A stretch of DNA of 61,756 bases from a virus. Taxonomy: Duplodnaviria; Caudoviricetes. The first letter of the stretch is position 1. The number at the start of each line of letters is the position of its first letter. Positions 41,450 to 50,730 of the stretch are shown here, piece after piece. The notes under the pieces are model-generated. The model was not told where the DNA came from, ran no database searches, and was given only the letters and a program-made list of their open reading frames with translations. The position numbers and the translations under genes were made by a program. The DNA lies in the IMG/VR virus record IMGVR_UViG_3300042888_000791, positions 1 to 61,756 of that record; one strand, 5' to 3'.

Positions 41450-44400
41450 ATGGCATGTATTTTAGAAATTAAAAAGACAATTAATGAAAGTATAGATAAA
41501 CAGCTTCCTTACAGAGAAGTTGTTATGTCTGACAAAGCAGCAAAAAGTATTAGTCAAAGTTTAAATCTTCTTTGGAATTCTGCTATAACAAGAATTGCTC
41601 AATATTCTTCTCAAGGAGGATATAGAGTAATAGTTAATTCTATAGAAGATGCTGCACAAAAAGAATTAAAAAAACAACAAGAAGCAGAAAAACTTTTTGA
41701 AAGAGATCTTGCATTTTTTAACGGAGATGAAGCTTTATTAGAACAAGAAAATCCTAAAGAAACATTTTATCAAAAAAATCAAACAATTTCTTCTGAGGGT
41801 AAAATAGCTTCTGAAAAAACTATTAGAGATTTGGCAGCAAGAATGTCTGATAGAATTGGTATGCCTTTTAAAATAGAATCTGATAGAACTAAAGAATACA
41901 AAGGTAAAATTGAAAATGGTGTAGCTTATGTTAATTTAGCTTATGCTACATTAGACACACCTATACATGAAATATTAGGACATCCTATTATTAGAGCTAT
42001 TAGAGATAGTGTTGATGAAAGAGGGGACAATGTATTATATCAAAATCTATTAAAAGAGCTTGAATACGGTGTAGGTGGAGAAGTGTTAGATAGGATTAAA
42101 AAAGATTACGTAAATAAACCAATAACTGAATCTAGTTATACAGGAGATGGTAGTGATTTTGAAAGTTGGAAAAAGAGTAATGTTGGAAAAGATAGTAGAT
42201 TTAAATATTCTTTAAAAGAACAACAAGAAGAAGCTCTTGTAGAACTTCTTGGTATGATGACAGCAGATAAACTTGATAATGTTAAAGATGGTAAATTAAT
42301 TTCTTTATTAAAAAGACTTCTTAAAGAAATAAAACAAGTTATTAAATCTCTTATTAAACAAAGAGAAGTGGAGATAGAAAATCTTCCTGATAATTTAACT
42401 ATTAATGATTTATCAAATCTATTAGCATATTCTAATAGTAAACTTATACTTCCAGGATATGAAGTAGAATATACTACTCCTGATAATATGAAGTTTAAAA
42501 CTTATCAAGAAGCTAGTAATCACATTAGTGAATTAGCTAAAAGCACTGAAGAGATTGATTTAAGTAATTTTACTCCAGTTAACAAATGGAGAGTAACAGG
42601 CATAAGCTGGGGTTATAACCAAGATGGTTCTGTAGAACAAAATGGTTATATAAATGAAGAATTTGACACTAAAGAAAAAGCAGAAGACTTTTATAGTCGG
42701 ATGAATAATACAAAATATGCAGGAGAGTTAACAATAAATAAAGCAAATTCTTTACCACAATCTTTTATAGATAAAAATAAAGAATACGAACAATCTAAAG
42801 AGATTGTAGAAGAATGGAAAAAAGTAAATAACATTCAATATAACCCTGAAGAAATATATTCAAGAGGACAAGAATTTAGTTCTGTAGTTGGAGCTTATTC
42901 TGATTTTGATGTAAATCTTATGATGCAGAATCTTCTGCAACATATTGAAGATAATGAAAAAGCTGGAGGTAAATTTGCTATATCTGCTTACACTAAACCT
43001 GTAGATAAAACTATAGGACATTTAGAAGGTGGAGGAGGTAAAATTAAGTTTAAAATTTATCCTAAATCTGAGGATATTTTGTGGGCAGCTAATACAGATG
43101 TTTATTCTGGTTCAGTATGGGATGCTTCTGAAAAAGTAAATAAAGATAAACAATCTGAATTATTAGGGGTTAGTTATACAAAATATCCTTCTATAAGAAA
43201 CATTAATGCAGTGCAGTCAAATCTTGCTTCTATTGTAGATGATTTAGCTCATCATCATAATGAATTAGGTATTGTTTTAACAGGTAATAACTTTAGACTT
43301 GAATATGATGAGGATATACCTTATCAAACTAAAAAAATTATTGATGGTATTAATTCTATTCTTGATCAGAAGTATGGTAAATTAGTTAAACCTGAGATTA
43401 AAAAAACTGATGTTTGGAATGTCTTTAGAGATAAAGAATATAAACAATCTTTTAATACAGAGAAAGATGCTGAAGAATTTATTAAAAAACAAAATGTACC
43501 TTATTTACACTCTATAAAAAAAGAAGTTTTAGGTGTTAAACCAACTCAAACTAATGAAAATACTACACACATTAATACAATTAAACAAAATGCTGGTTTA
43601 GTATCTTTATCATTTAATGAACAAGAAAAAGCAGTTTTAGAAAAAGTTGGTAATGTATTCTATCAAGATGGTATTAAAGTAGAAATTATTGAAGGTGACA
43701 ACAATAATCCAAAAAAAGTATATTTAAATGGTGTTGATACACCTTTATACAAAGAAGATTATGTTAATTTATTAACTGAAAAATATAAAGAATTATTTCC
43801 TTTTCCAAAAAAAGAATTTACAAATCAAGCTTTAATTAACACTAAAATAGCTAAACTTAAAGAAGTGGCTAAAGCACAACCAAGAAGCTTAATTAGAAGT
43901 GAAGTTATTGAACAACGTAAAGATTATACTAGAGGACAACAAACTTGGGATCCTGATTTTGAAGAATTGCCATTTCAAAAAATACCTTCTAAACTTAATG
44001 AATCTAAAACTATTAGTTCAATAGCCAGTAAAGAAACTATTGCTAAAGTTAAAGACTTTTTAAAACGTATAGGTGTTGATATAAGCTCAGCAAAAGAAAT
44101 AATAGTAAATGGTAAAAGAATAGATGCAAATGCTATAGCTAATATAACACAAGCTTTAATACAAGTTGTAGAGGGTAAAGAAGCACAATCTTTACCAGAA
44201 GAAGCTATGCACTTTGCTGTAGAAATTCTTGAACAGACTAATCCTAAATTATTTAATCAACTATTAAAAGAAATAGGTAATTATGCTTTATATAGTGAAG
44301 TGTTATCTGAGTATGCTAAAGATCCTAATTATCAAACTAAAGAAGGTAAACCTGACATTAGAAAGATTAAAAAAGAAGCTATAGGTAAAGTGTTAGCAGA

Positions 44401-47400
44401 AACAATTATTAAACAAGCAGAAGATATAAATGAAAAACCAGAATTGTTAACTAAAGTTAATTCTTGGTGGAGTCAAATATTAGATTATTTAAAAGGCTTA
44501 TTTAGTCAAAGTGGTTTTGATAAAGTTGCTATGGATATTCTTTCTGGAAAAAATATAGGGACAGCTGCAGATATAATAGCAGAAGAAGGTTCTGTATATT
44601 TACAAAAATCTAAACAAGATGATATTTATGATAGTATAAAAGAACTAGGAGAAACAATTACACCCACAAATGAAGGTTATTCTATAGATGGTAAACCTAT
44701 TAAACGTAGAGTATCTGATATAGTAAAAGATTGGTATGATAGAAAATTTACAAACAAGTCTTTAGTAGCTAGTGATTATGAAAAAGCTGTTAATGATTTA
44801 AAAGCTGAAAAAGGAACTGCTGGGCATGCTGCATTTGAATATGCTTTTGATTTATTTGTAGATGCTGATGGTTATTTAAGAGAAGATGAATTACCAGGTA
44901 CAGATTATGAAATTAAAAACCCTAATTTTCCTTTAGATTTTTATTTAATATTAAAAGAAAATCTTAGACAACGTCTTAATTCTTTTCCTAAAGATAATGG
45001 TGGTACAAGATTTATGGCTGAAGCTAGAATATATGATGCTAAAAGAGATCTTGCAGGTACAGTGGATTTTTTAGCTATTACTCCTGAAGGAAAAGTAAGT
45101 ATATTAGATTGGAAGTTTATGGATCTTAATATAGAAAAATATACAGATATTCCTTGGTATAAAGTAAATGCATGGAATACACAAATGGAACAATATAAAC
45201 TTATCATTGGAACAGTATATGGTGTTAAACCGGAAAACTTTGAACAAACAATGATGATTCCTATTAAAGCTATCTACACACAAGGTAATCCTAAGGAAGG
45301 TATTATGCCTAGACTTGATGGTATTAATATAGGTGATGTTAATATTAAAAATATTGAAGAGGATTATTTAATTCCTGTTGGATTAAAAGAACAATCTACA
45401 GGCATTAAAAAAGTAGATGATTTATTAGAAAAATTAAATGCTATTTACAAAAAACTGTCTGATCAAAAAGTTACAGAAGAAACTAAAACAGCAAAAGCTG
45501 AACAATTAAATGCTTTGTTTTCTGCTATTAGACAATTACAGATGAAACAAAATGTTATTCCATTAATTAATCAGGCTAAAATATTAAATAAACAAATTGA
45601 AAATCTTTTTGCACAACATGAAACAGAATTTAAAGATAAAGAAATAAATGATTTTAAAGATAATGAAATTGAAGATTTTACAAAAAAAATTGAAACTTTA
45701 AGAGAAGCTATAGAAGTATATTTAAATCTAGACCTTGAACTTAAATTTTTATTTGAAGGTGAACAAACTACTGAAGACAAAGAATTAAAACAAGATCTTA
45801 GAGATGTTGTAGATAATGCTAGAGATTATTATGATAGGTTAAAAACACTAGATGAAGAATTTACTGTTAAATTTATAGGTGGTACATCTACTGCAGAAAA
45901 AGTAGTTAAAGGTCTTGCAAGAATGTTCGGTACTACAGCAACTATTCAATTAGAAAGTCTTTCTGCTTTATATAAAAAAGCTAATAAAGCTTTTGGTTTA
46001 GCTGGTATGGATACCAGTACAGAGATTAAACGTCTTTCTGATTTAAAAGATGCATACCAAACATGGGCATTATCTAATGGTTTAACAATAAAAAATCAAT
46101 TTAATATTCTTAAAAAAGAAGATACAAATGAACTTATAGATGAATTTAATCCTGAGTTTTATTCTCAGTTAAAAGAAAAAATAGCTTTAAAAGATTTTTC
46201 TTGGATTAGAGCTAATATTGATATTCCTGGTTATAGAGAATTTTTAAAAAAGAAAAAAGAAGAAGAATATGATAGAATTGACTCTAAACTTAGAGTAGGT
46301 ACAGAAGAACAAATAGCTAATGAAATAAAAAGAGAAACATTTAAAGCTGAACAGTTATATAATACTAATGAACCAGAATCGGTTGGTTGGTTATTATATG
46401 ATGATATATCTAAGTATCCTAAAAGAGCAACATGGGAGTCTGATCAATGGAAAACTCTTAATAAAGATGAAAACAAACCCGCTCTTGATTTTTATAATTA
46501 TATTAGAGAGCGAAATGACTATTATAGATCTATAGGGTATATTCATGCTAAACAAGCTAGAATTTTTCTTCCTTGGGTAAGAAAAGGCCTTGCTGAAAAA
46601 ATGATTTTTGGTGGTAAAATAACTATAGGAGAACAGTTTTTAAGAAATATATCTGTAGATGAAGGTGATACAGGTTATGGCCAAATAGACCCTTTAAATG
46701 GACAACCTATTGATACTATTCCTATTTATTTAACAAGAAAATTAGAAGGAGAAGTATCTACTGACCTTTTTAAAACTATGGCAATGTATAATGAATTTGC
46801 AATTAAATTTAAATATTTATCAGAAATTGAAGGACAAGGTAGAGCATTAATACGTCTTGAAAAAAACAAAAAAGCTATTGCTACTTCTATGTTTAGTAAA
46901 ACTGAATATAAAAATAATGTATTACAATTTAATCCAGATAATAGTCAAAATACTAAACTTGTTGCATCAATGGTTAAAGCTATTATATACCAACAAAAAT
47001 ACGTACAAAATGAAACTTTTGATCAATTATTAGGAAATCTAGGAAGCTATGGTGAAAAAATAAATGCTAAACTTGGTAGAAAAATATTTCCAGAAGATTT
47101 AAAAGATAGACAAGTTAGTATTAATAAAGTGATTACTCAAATGAATAATACCTTTCAATTAAATGCTTTAGGTCTTAATGTTCTTTCTTCTCTTTCCAAT
47201 TTATTTGGTGGTAAAACACAATCATTTATTAATTCTGGCAAATGGTTTACTAAACAAGATTTTATAGCTACAGAACAATGGTTAGCTGCAGGTAAAATGG
47301 GAGGAAATGATAGACAAAAATCATTAGCAGCTATGGATTATTTTATGCCTTTTATTGCAGATTATAATAAACAAGCAATGCAAAAACTATCACTATCAAA

Positions 47401-48559
47401 ACTTAATGATCAAGCTGTTCAAGAATACTTAATGGTAATGATGAGAAAAAGTGAGGAATTTGTACAAACAACAAACTTCTTTAGTTTTTTAAGAAATTCA
47501 ATTATACAAGATGGTAATATTATAAATACAAGAGAGTATTTAAAATCTACAGATGAATACAAAGATTTTTATGCTGGTTCTCAAGAAGAAAGAACTACTA
47601 GAGCAGCTAAATTTGAAGCAGATGTAAAAGATTTAAATGCTAAACAAGGGGTAATGGCTTTAAGTACAGTAGTAAATGGTGAATTTGTAATCCCTGGAAT
47701 AGAAAGAAAATCAGATTCAGTTCTTGAATTAAGAAGAAAAGTACAAAGTTTTACAGCTGATGCATTAGGATCAATGGGTGAAGATAATAAACGCCTAATG
47801 AACATGACTGTTTATGGTAACTCTATGATGTTATTTAAAAATTGGATTCCTAGGCTTGTAGATGTACGTATGGGTAATTTAAAATATAATTCTGCTTCTG
47901 ACGCTTATGAATGGGGTAGAACTAGAATGATAGCTAGAATATTTTCAGAAGATTTACTTGGAGCTATTGGTAATTTAAAAAATTCTTTACTGGGTAATGA
48001 TAAAGGTATAGATTTTCTTAGACAACTTTATGAAAAAAAGAAAAATGATTATGAAGCTGATACTAATAAAGAATTAAAAATGACCGAAAGTGAGTTTATA
48101 GATCTTACTAAACAAAATATTAAAAATCAATTATTTGATTTATTAGCATTAGCAACAATGTGGTCATTATATTTAGGATTAAAAGCTTTAGCTCCCGATG
48201 ATGATGAAGATCCTGCAGTTAAAAATCAATATAAATTTTTACTAAAAGCAACTGATAAATTTAAAGATGAATTACAATATTTTTATGATCCAACAAGTAT
48301 ATCACAATTAGTAGGTAAAGGTATATTTCCTTCTTTAGCATTATTAGAAAATTATGCAAAAATTATAAAAAACTTTATGATTGAAAATTATGCTATTGTT
48401 TCTGGTAACGAAAAATTAGAACAAAAAAATTATGTTATTAAATATTTAATGAAAACTTTTCCATTATCTAGTCAAGCTGCTAGTTTAATGCCTTTATTTT
48501 ATCCTGCATTAGCAAAAGATCTTGGTATTAAAGCACAGTCTCATTACAATATTAGATAA
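41450..48559 (+). CDS. Giant cargo protein with zincin-like domains and a PD-(D/E)xK nuclease domain
   Basis: TPIHEILGH...EEALVE and a degenerate EEAMH...KEAIGK; GTAGH...AE..I...AGTVDFL...ILDWKF...QMEQY at about 44700-45270. Confidence 0.7.
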   Translation: MACILEIKKTINESIDKQLPYREVVMSDKAAKSISQSLNLLWNSAITRIAQYSSQGGYRVIVNSIEDAAQKELKKQQEAEKLFERDLAFFNGDEALLEQENPKETFYQKNQTISSEGKIASEKTIRDLAARMSDRIGMPFKIESDRTKEYKGKIENGVAYVNLAYATLDTPIHEILGHPIIRAIRDSVDERGDNVLYQNLLKELEYGVGGEVLDRIKKDYVNKPITESSYTGDGSDFESWKKSNVGKDSRFKYSLKEQQEEALVELLGMMTADKLDNVKDGKLISLLKRLLKEIKQVIKSLIKQREVEIENLPDNLTINDLSNLLAYSNSKLILPGYEVEYTTPDNMKFKTYQEASNHISELAKSTEEIDLSNFTPVNKWRVTGISWGYNQDGSVEQNGYINEEFDTKEKAEDFYSRMNNTKYAGELTINKANSLPQSFIDKNKEYEQSKEIVEEWKKVNNIQYNPEEIYSRGQEFSSVVGAYSDFDVNLMMQNLLQHIEDNEKAGGKFAISAYTKPVDKTIGHLEGGGGKIKFKIYPKSEDILWAANTDVYSGSVWDASEKVNKDKQSELLGVSYTKYPSIRNINAVQSNLASIVDDLAHHHNELGIVLTGNNFRLEYDEDIPYQTKKIIDGINSILDQKYGKLVKPEIKKTDVWNVFRDKEYKQSFNTEKDAEEFIKKQNVPYLHSIKKEVLGVKPTQTNENTTHINTIKQNAGLVSLSFNEQEKAVLEKVGNVFYQDGIKVEIIEGDNNNPKKVYLNGVDTPLYKEDYVNLLTEKYKELFPFPKKEFTNQALINTKIAKLKEVAKAQPRSLIRSEVIEQRKDYTRGQQTWDPDFEELPFQKIPSKLNESKTISSIASKETIAKVKDFLKRIGVDISSAKEIIVNGKRIDANAIANITQALIQVVEGKEAQSLPEEAMHFAVEILEQTNPKLFNQLLKEIGNYALYSEVLSEYAKDPNYQTKEGKPDIRKIKKEAIGKVLAETIIKQAEDINEKPELLTKVNSWWSQILDYLKGLFSQSGFDKVAMDILSGKNIGTAADIIAEEGSVYLQKSKQDDIYDSIKELGETITPTNEGYSIDGKPIKRRVSDIVKDWYDRKFTNKSLVASDYEKAVNDLKAEKGTAGHAAFEYAFDLFVDADGYLREDELPGTDYEIKNPNFPLDFYLILKENLRQRLNSFPKDNGGTRFMAEARIYDAKRDLAGTVDFLAITPEGKVSILDWKFMDLNIEKYTDIPWYKVNAWNTQMEQYKLIIGTVYGVKPENFEQTMMIPIKAIYTQGNPKEGIMPRLDGINIGDVNIKNIEEDYLIPVGLKEQSTGIKKVDDLLEKLNAIYKKLSDQKVTEETKTAKAEQLNALFSAIRQLQMKQNVIPLINQAKILNKQIENLFAQHETEFKDKEINDFKDNEIEDFTKKIETLREAIEVYLNLDLELKFLFEGEQTTEDKELKQDLRDVVDNARDYYDRLKTLDEEFTVKFIGGTSTAEKVVKGLARMFGTTATIQLESLSALYKKANKAFGLAGMDTSTEIKRLSDLKDAYQTWALSNGLTIKNQFNILKKEDTNELIDEFNPEFYSQLKEKIALKDFSWIRANIDIPGYREFLKKKKEEEYDRIDSKLRVGTEEQIANEIKRETFKAEQLYNTNEPESVGWLLYDDISKYPKRATWESDQWKTLNKDENKPALDFYNYIRERNDYYRSIGYIHAKQARIFLPWVRKGLAEKMIFGGKITIGEQFLRNISVDEGDTGYGQIDPLNGQPIDTIPIYLTRKLEGEVSTDLFKTMAMYNEFAIKFKYLSEIEGQGRALIRLEKNKKAIATSMFSKTEYKNNVLQFNPDNSQNTKLVASMVKAIIYQQKYVQNETFDQLLGNLGSYGEKINAKLGRKIFPEDLKDRQVSINKVITQMNNTFQLNALGLNVLSSLSNLFGGKTQSFINSGKWFTKQDFIATEQWLAAGKMGGNDRQKSLAAMDYFMPFIADYNKQAMQKLSLSKLNDQAVQEYLMVMMRKSEEFVQTTNFFSFLRNSIIQDGNIINTREYLKSTDEYKDFYAGSQEERTTRAAKFEADVKDLNAKQGVMALSTVVNGEFVIPGIERKSDSVLELRRKVQSFTADALGSMGEDNKRLMNMTVYGNSMMLFKNWIPRLVDVRMGNLKYNSASDAYEWGRTRMIARIFSEDLLGAIGNLKNSLLGNDKGIDFLRQLYEKKKNDYEADTNKELKMTESEFIDLTKQNIKNQLFDLLALATMWSLYLGLKALAPDDDEDPAVKNQYKFLLKATDKFKDELQYFYDPTSISQLVGKGIFPSLALLENYAKIIKNFMIENYAIVSGNEKLEQKNYVIKYLMKTFPLSSQAASLMPLFYPALAKDLGIKAQSHYNIR

Positions 48560-48625
48560 TAAGTAAAAAAGTTAATAAAATAAATAATGTTTATGCTATA
48601 TTATGTATAAAAAGTTGTATATGAT

Positions 48626-48657
48626 TTAGCATAACATTATATAATACCATATATTTG
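48626..48657 (+). promoter_or_regulatory. Bacteroidota-type promoter upstream of the lysis cassette
   Basis: TTAG-N20-TATATTTG; overlapped by an imperfect inverted repeat TAATGTTTATGCTA / TAGCATAACATTA (48585-48639). Confidence 0.6.
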
Positions 48658-48715
48658 TTGTTTCTATAGGGAGTAGAAATTTAACTTTAAACATAATTTA
48701 CAAAATATTACAAAA

Positions 48716-49009
48716 ATGAGTGATACTTCCCACAGCCAACCTAAAGTTGTTAGTGCAATTAAAGAATATTTAGCACCTTTATTATTATCTATTGTTGGTT
48801 TATTTATATGGAGAGATATATCTGAGATGCGTGCAGATGTTAAGCTTTTATTAGTTCAACAAAGTGTAGATAGAGTAAAGATAGAAAATATGGAAGGGGA
48901 TATTGCAATGCTTAAAGGCAGTGTATATCAAAATAGTAATCAAAAAATAGTAAATTATTCTTATAAAACTCAACCAGCTAAAAAAGAAGATGAGATTGAA
49001 ATTCAATAG
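48716..49009 (+). CDS. Single-TM membrane protein of the lysis cassette (holin/antiholin-like)
   Basis: Hydrophobic LAPLLLSIVGLFIW followed by a coiled coil; first gene of the cassette. Confidence 0.5.
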   Translation: MSDTSHSQPKVVSAIKEYLAPLLLSIVGLFIWRDISEMRADVKLLLVQQSVDRVKIENMEGDIAMLKGSVYQNSNQKIVNYSYKTQPAKKEDEIEIQ

Positions 49010-49013
49010 TGCA

Positions 49014-49187
49014 ATGAAAAATTGGAAAACAACTTTAACTGGAATTATATTAGCTATATTATTAGCTGTACAACCTTTAGCTGATGGTGTTATAGATTTT
49101 AAAAAAGATTGGTTTAAGTTTTTAATAGCAATCGGTATTGCTATTTTTGGTTTTTTTGCAAAAGATACTAACACTCAAGATAAATAG
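49014..49187 (+). CDS. Holin (two TM helices); likely start at 49014 rather than 48990
   Basis: MKNWKTTLTGIILAILL...IGIAIFGFFAKD is a typical small-holin pattern; the ATG follows the upstream TAG. Confidence 0.7.
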   Translation: MKNWKTTLTGIILAILLAVQPLADGVIDFKKDWFKFLIAIGIAIFGFFAKDTNTQDK

Positions 49188-49189
49188 TT

Positions 49190-49816
49190 ATGAATAAAGA
49201 AAACATTAAAAAATGGTTTACAGGAATTATAATTATAATATTAGCTTTTATTATTTTTTTACAAAGATCTTGTCAAAATAACCATATAATTAATCCTCCT
49301 ATATCTGTAGTAAAAATAGATACTATATGGAAAATTAAAACAGACACTATCATTAAAACTGTAAAAGAGATAAGCGTAATACATATGCCTGTTCCTTCTG
49401 ACCCACAATATCACCCTACTAACGATATAGATACTTGTAAAGCAAGATTTAATAGATTACTTACAGATATGCTTACTAAAAGAGTTTATGCTGATACACT
49501 AAAGCTAGATAGTCTTGGTACCATCACTATCATTGATACGGTGTTTATGAATAAACTTGGAAAAAGAATTAAGATATATGATTATAAAATACCATTTGTA
49601 ACTAAAACTGTTACCATAACAAAACAAGCTGACCCAAAAAGACAATTATATATTGGTGGTAACTTATTTGGTGATAAAACTAAATTACAATCACTTACTC
49701 CTGGGATTCTTTATAAAACTAAAAAAGACCATATATACCAAGCTAATATAGGTATTAATTTTGATGGTACTATAACGTATGGTGCTGGTATGTATTGGAA
49801 AATCAAATTAAAATAA
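49190..49816 (+). CDS. Putative spanin-like envelope protein
   Basis: N-terminal TM ending LQRSC, periplasmic stalk, C-terminal amphipathic beta strands ending YWKIKLK; lies between holin and endolysin. Confidence 0.5.
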   Translation: MNKENIKKWFTGIIIIILAFIIFLQRSCQNNHIINPPISVVKIDTIWKIKTDTIIKTVKEISVIHMPVPSDPQYHPTNDIDTCKARFNRLLTDMLTKRVYADTLKLDSLGTITIIDTVFMNKLGKRIKIYDYKIPFVTKTVTITKQADPKRQLYIGGNLFGDKTKLQSLTPGILYKTKKDHIYQANIGINFDGTITYGAGMYWKIKLK

Positions 49817-49822
49817 TAAACC

Positions 49823-50284
49823 ATGGATAAATCAACATTAGATAGAATAAACTTACTACATCCTTCTGTGAGAGAAGAAATGAAAGTTATAGTTAATGAA
49901 TGTAATAAAGCATTAACTGGGAAATCTCAAGTTAGAATAGCACAAGGATTAAGAACATTTGCTGAACAAGATGCTTTATATGCTAAAAGACCAAAAGTAA
50001 CTAATGCTAAAGGAGGTCAATCTGTACATAATTATGGATTCGCTATAGATATTGTTTTAATCATAAATGGAAAGGAAGCTTCTTGGGATACTCATAAAGA
50101 TTGGGATAATGATGGGATAGCAGATTGGGATGAATGCGTAAAAGTATTTGCTAAACACGGATGGAGCTGGGGAGGAAATTGGGCGAGTTTTAAAGATATG
50201 CCTCATTTTGATAAAATAGGTTTTAACAATTGGAGAATATTACAAACCAAACCTAGAGATAAAGCTGGGTATATAATTATATAA
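49823..50284 (+). CDS. Endolysin, M15-family L-Ala-D-Glu peptidase (CwlK/Ply500-like)
   Basis: RT.AEQD.LY, S.HNYG.AID, WGGNW and D.PHF motifs. Confidence 0.9.
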   Translation: MDKSTLDRINLLHPSVREEMKVIVNECNKALTGKSQVRIAQGLRTFAEQDALYAKRPKVTNAKGGQSVHNYGFAIDIVLIINGKEASWDTHKDWDNDGIADWDECVKVFAKHGWSWGGNWASFKDMPHFDKIGFNNWRILQTKPRDKAGYIII

Positions 50285-50286
50285 TA

Positions 50287-50424
50287 ATGGCAAAACCAAC
50301 AAACACATCAGAAAAACTTGTTAAAGTAAAAATTAAAAGAAAAGGTGTACACAGTAAATCTAAAACTTCTAAATTAAAAGGAAGTAAGTTATATAAAAAA
50401 GCTTACAATTCTCAAGGTAAATAA
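50287..50424 (+). CDS. Small highly basic protein, 45 aa (absent from the ORF track)
   Basis: MAKPTNTSEKLVKVKIKRKGVHSKSKTSKLKGSKLYKKAYNSQGK; fills the gap between two coupled genes. Confidence 0.7.
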   Translation: MAKPTNTSEKLVKVKIKRKGVHSKSKTSKLKGSKLYKKAYNSQGK

Positions 50425-50427
50425 TAT

Positions 50428-50730
50428 ATGGAAGTAATATATCAAGGTCATGTCGCAACTGATGGTAGTACAAAAATAACTTGTACCACTACATCATTGG
50501 TTATAAATGAGATTATAATTAATAATCCAGATAATAACTATAATATTACAATGAATAGGTATATGACAGGAGATGGTATACATCTTATTCCTATATATGA
50601 ATTTGCTTTAGATCTTGGTGATACAGTAAGAGATACTGAAGGCTATACATTAAAAAAAAGTAATTATTTACAACTAATAACTAATGTAATAGGTACAACT
50701 TATTATATTAGTGCAATAGAAACAGATTAA
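50428..50730 (+). CDS. Hypothetical beta-rich structural protein
   Basis: 100-aa ORF; its stop overlaps the next ATG. Confidence 0.6.
   Translation: MEVIYQGHVATDGSTKITCTTTSLVINEIIINNPDNNYNITMNRYMTGDGIHLIPIYEFALDLGDTVRDTEGYTLKKSNYLQLITNVIGTTYYISAIETD

Noticed and set aside
44700-45270. CRISPR-associated Cas4 or defence locus
   Set aside because: No Fe-S cysteines, no other cas genes and no array; it is a domain embedded in a cargo protein.
27520-48559. Inteins or self-splicing introns in the giant genes
   Set aside because: No LAGLIDADG/HNH motifs, C...HN-[CST] intein termini or frame interruptions were recognised by eye; a profile search would be needed to exclude them fully.
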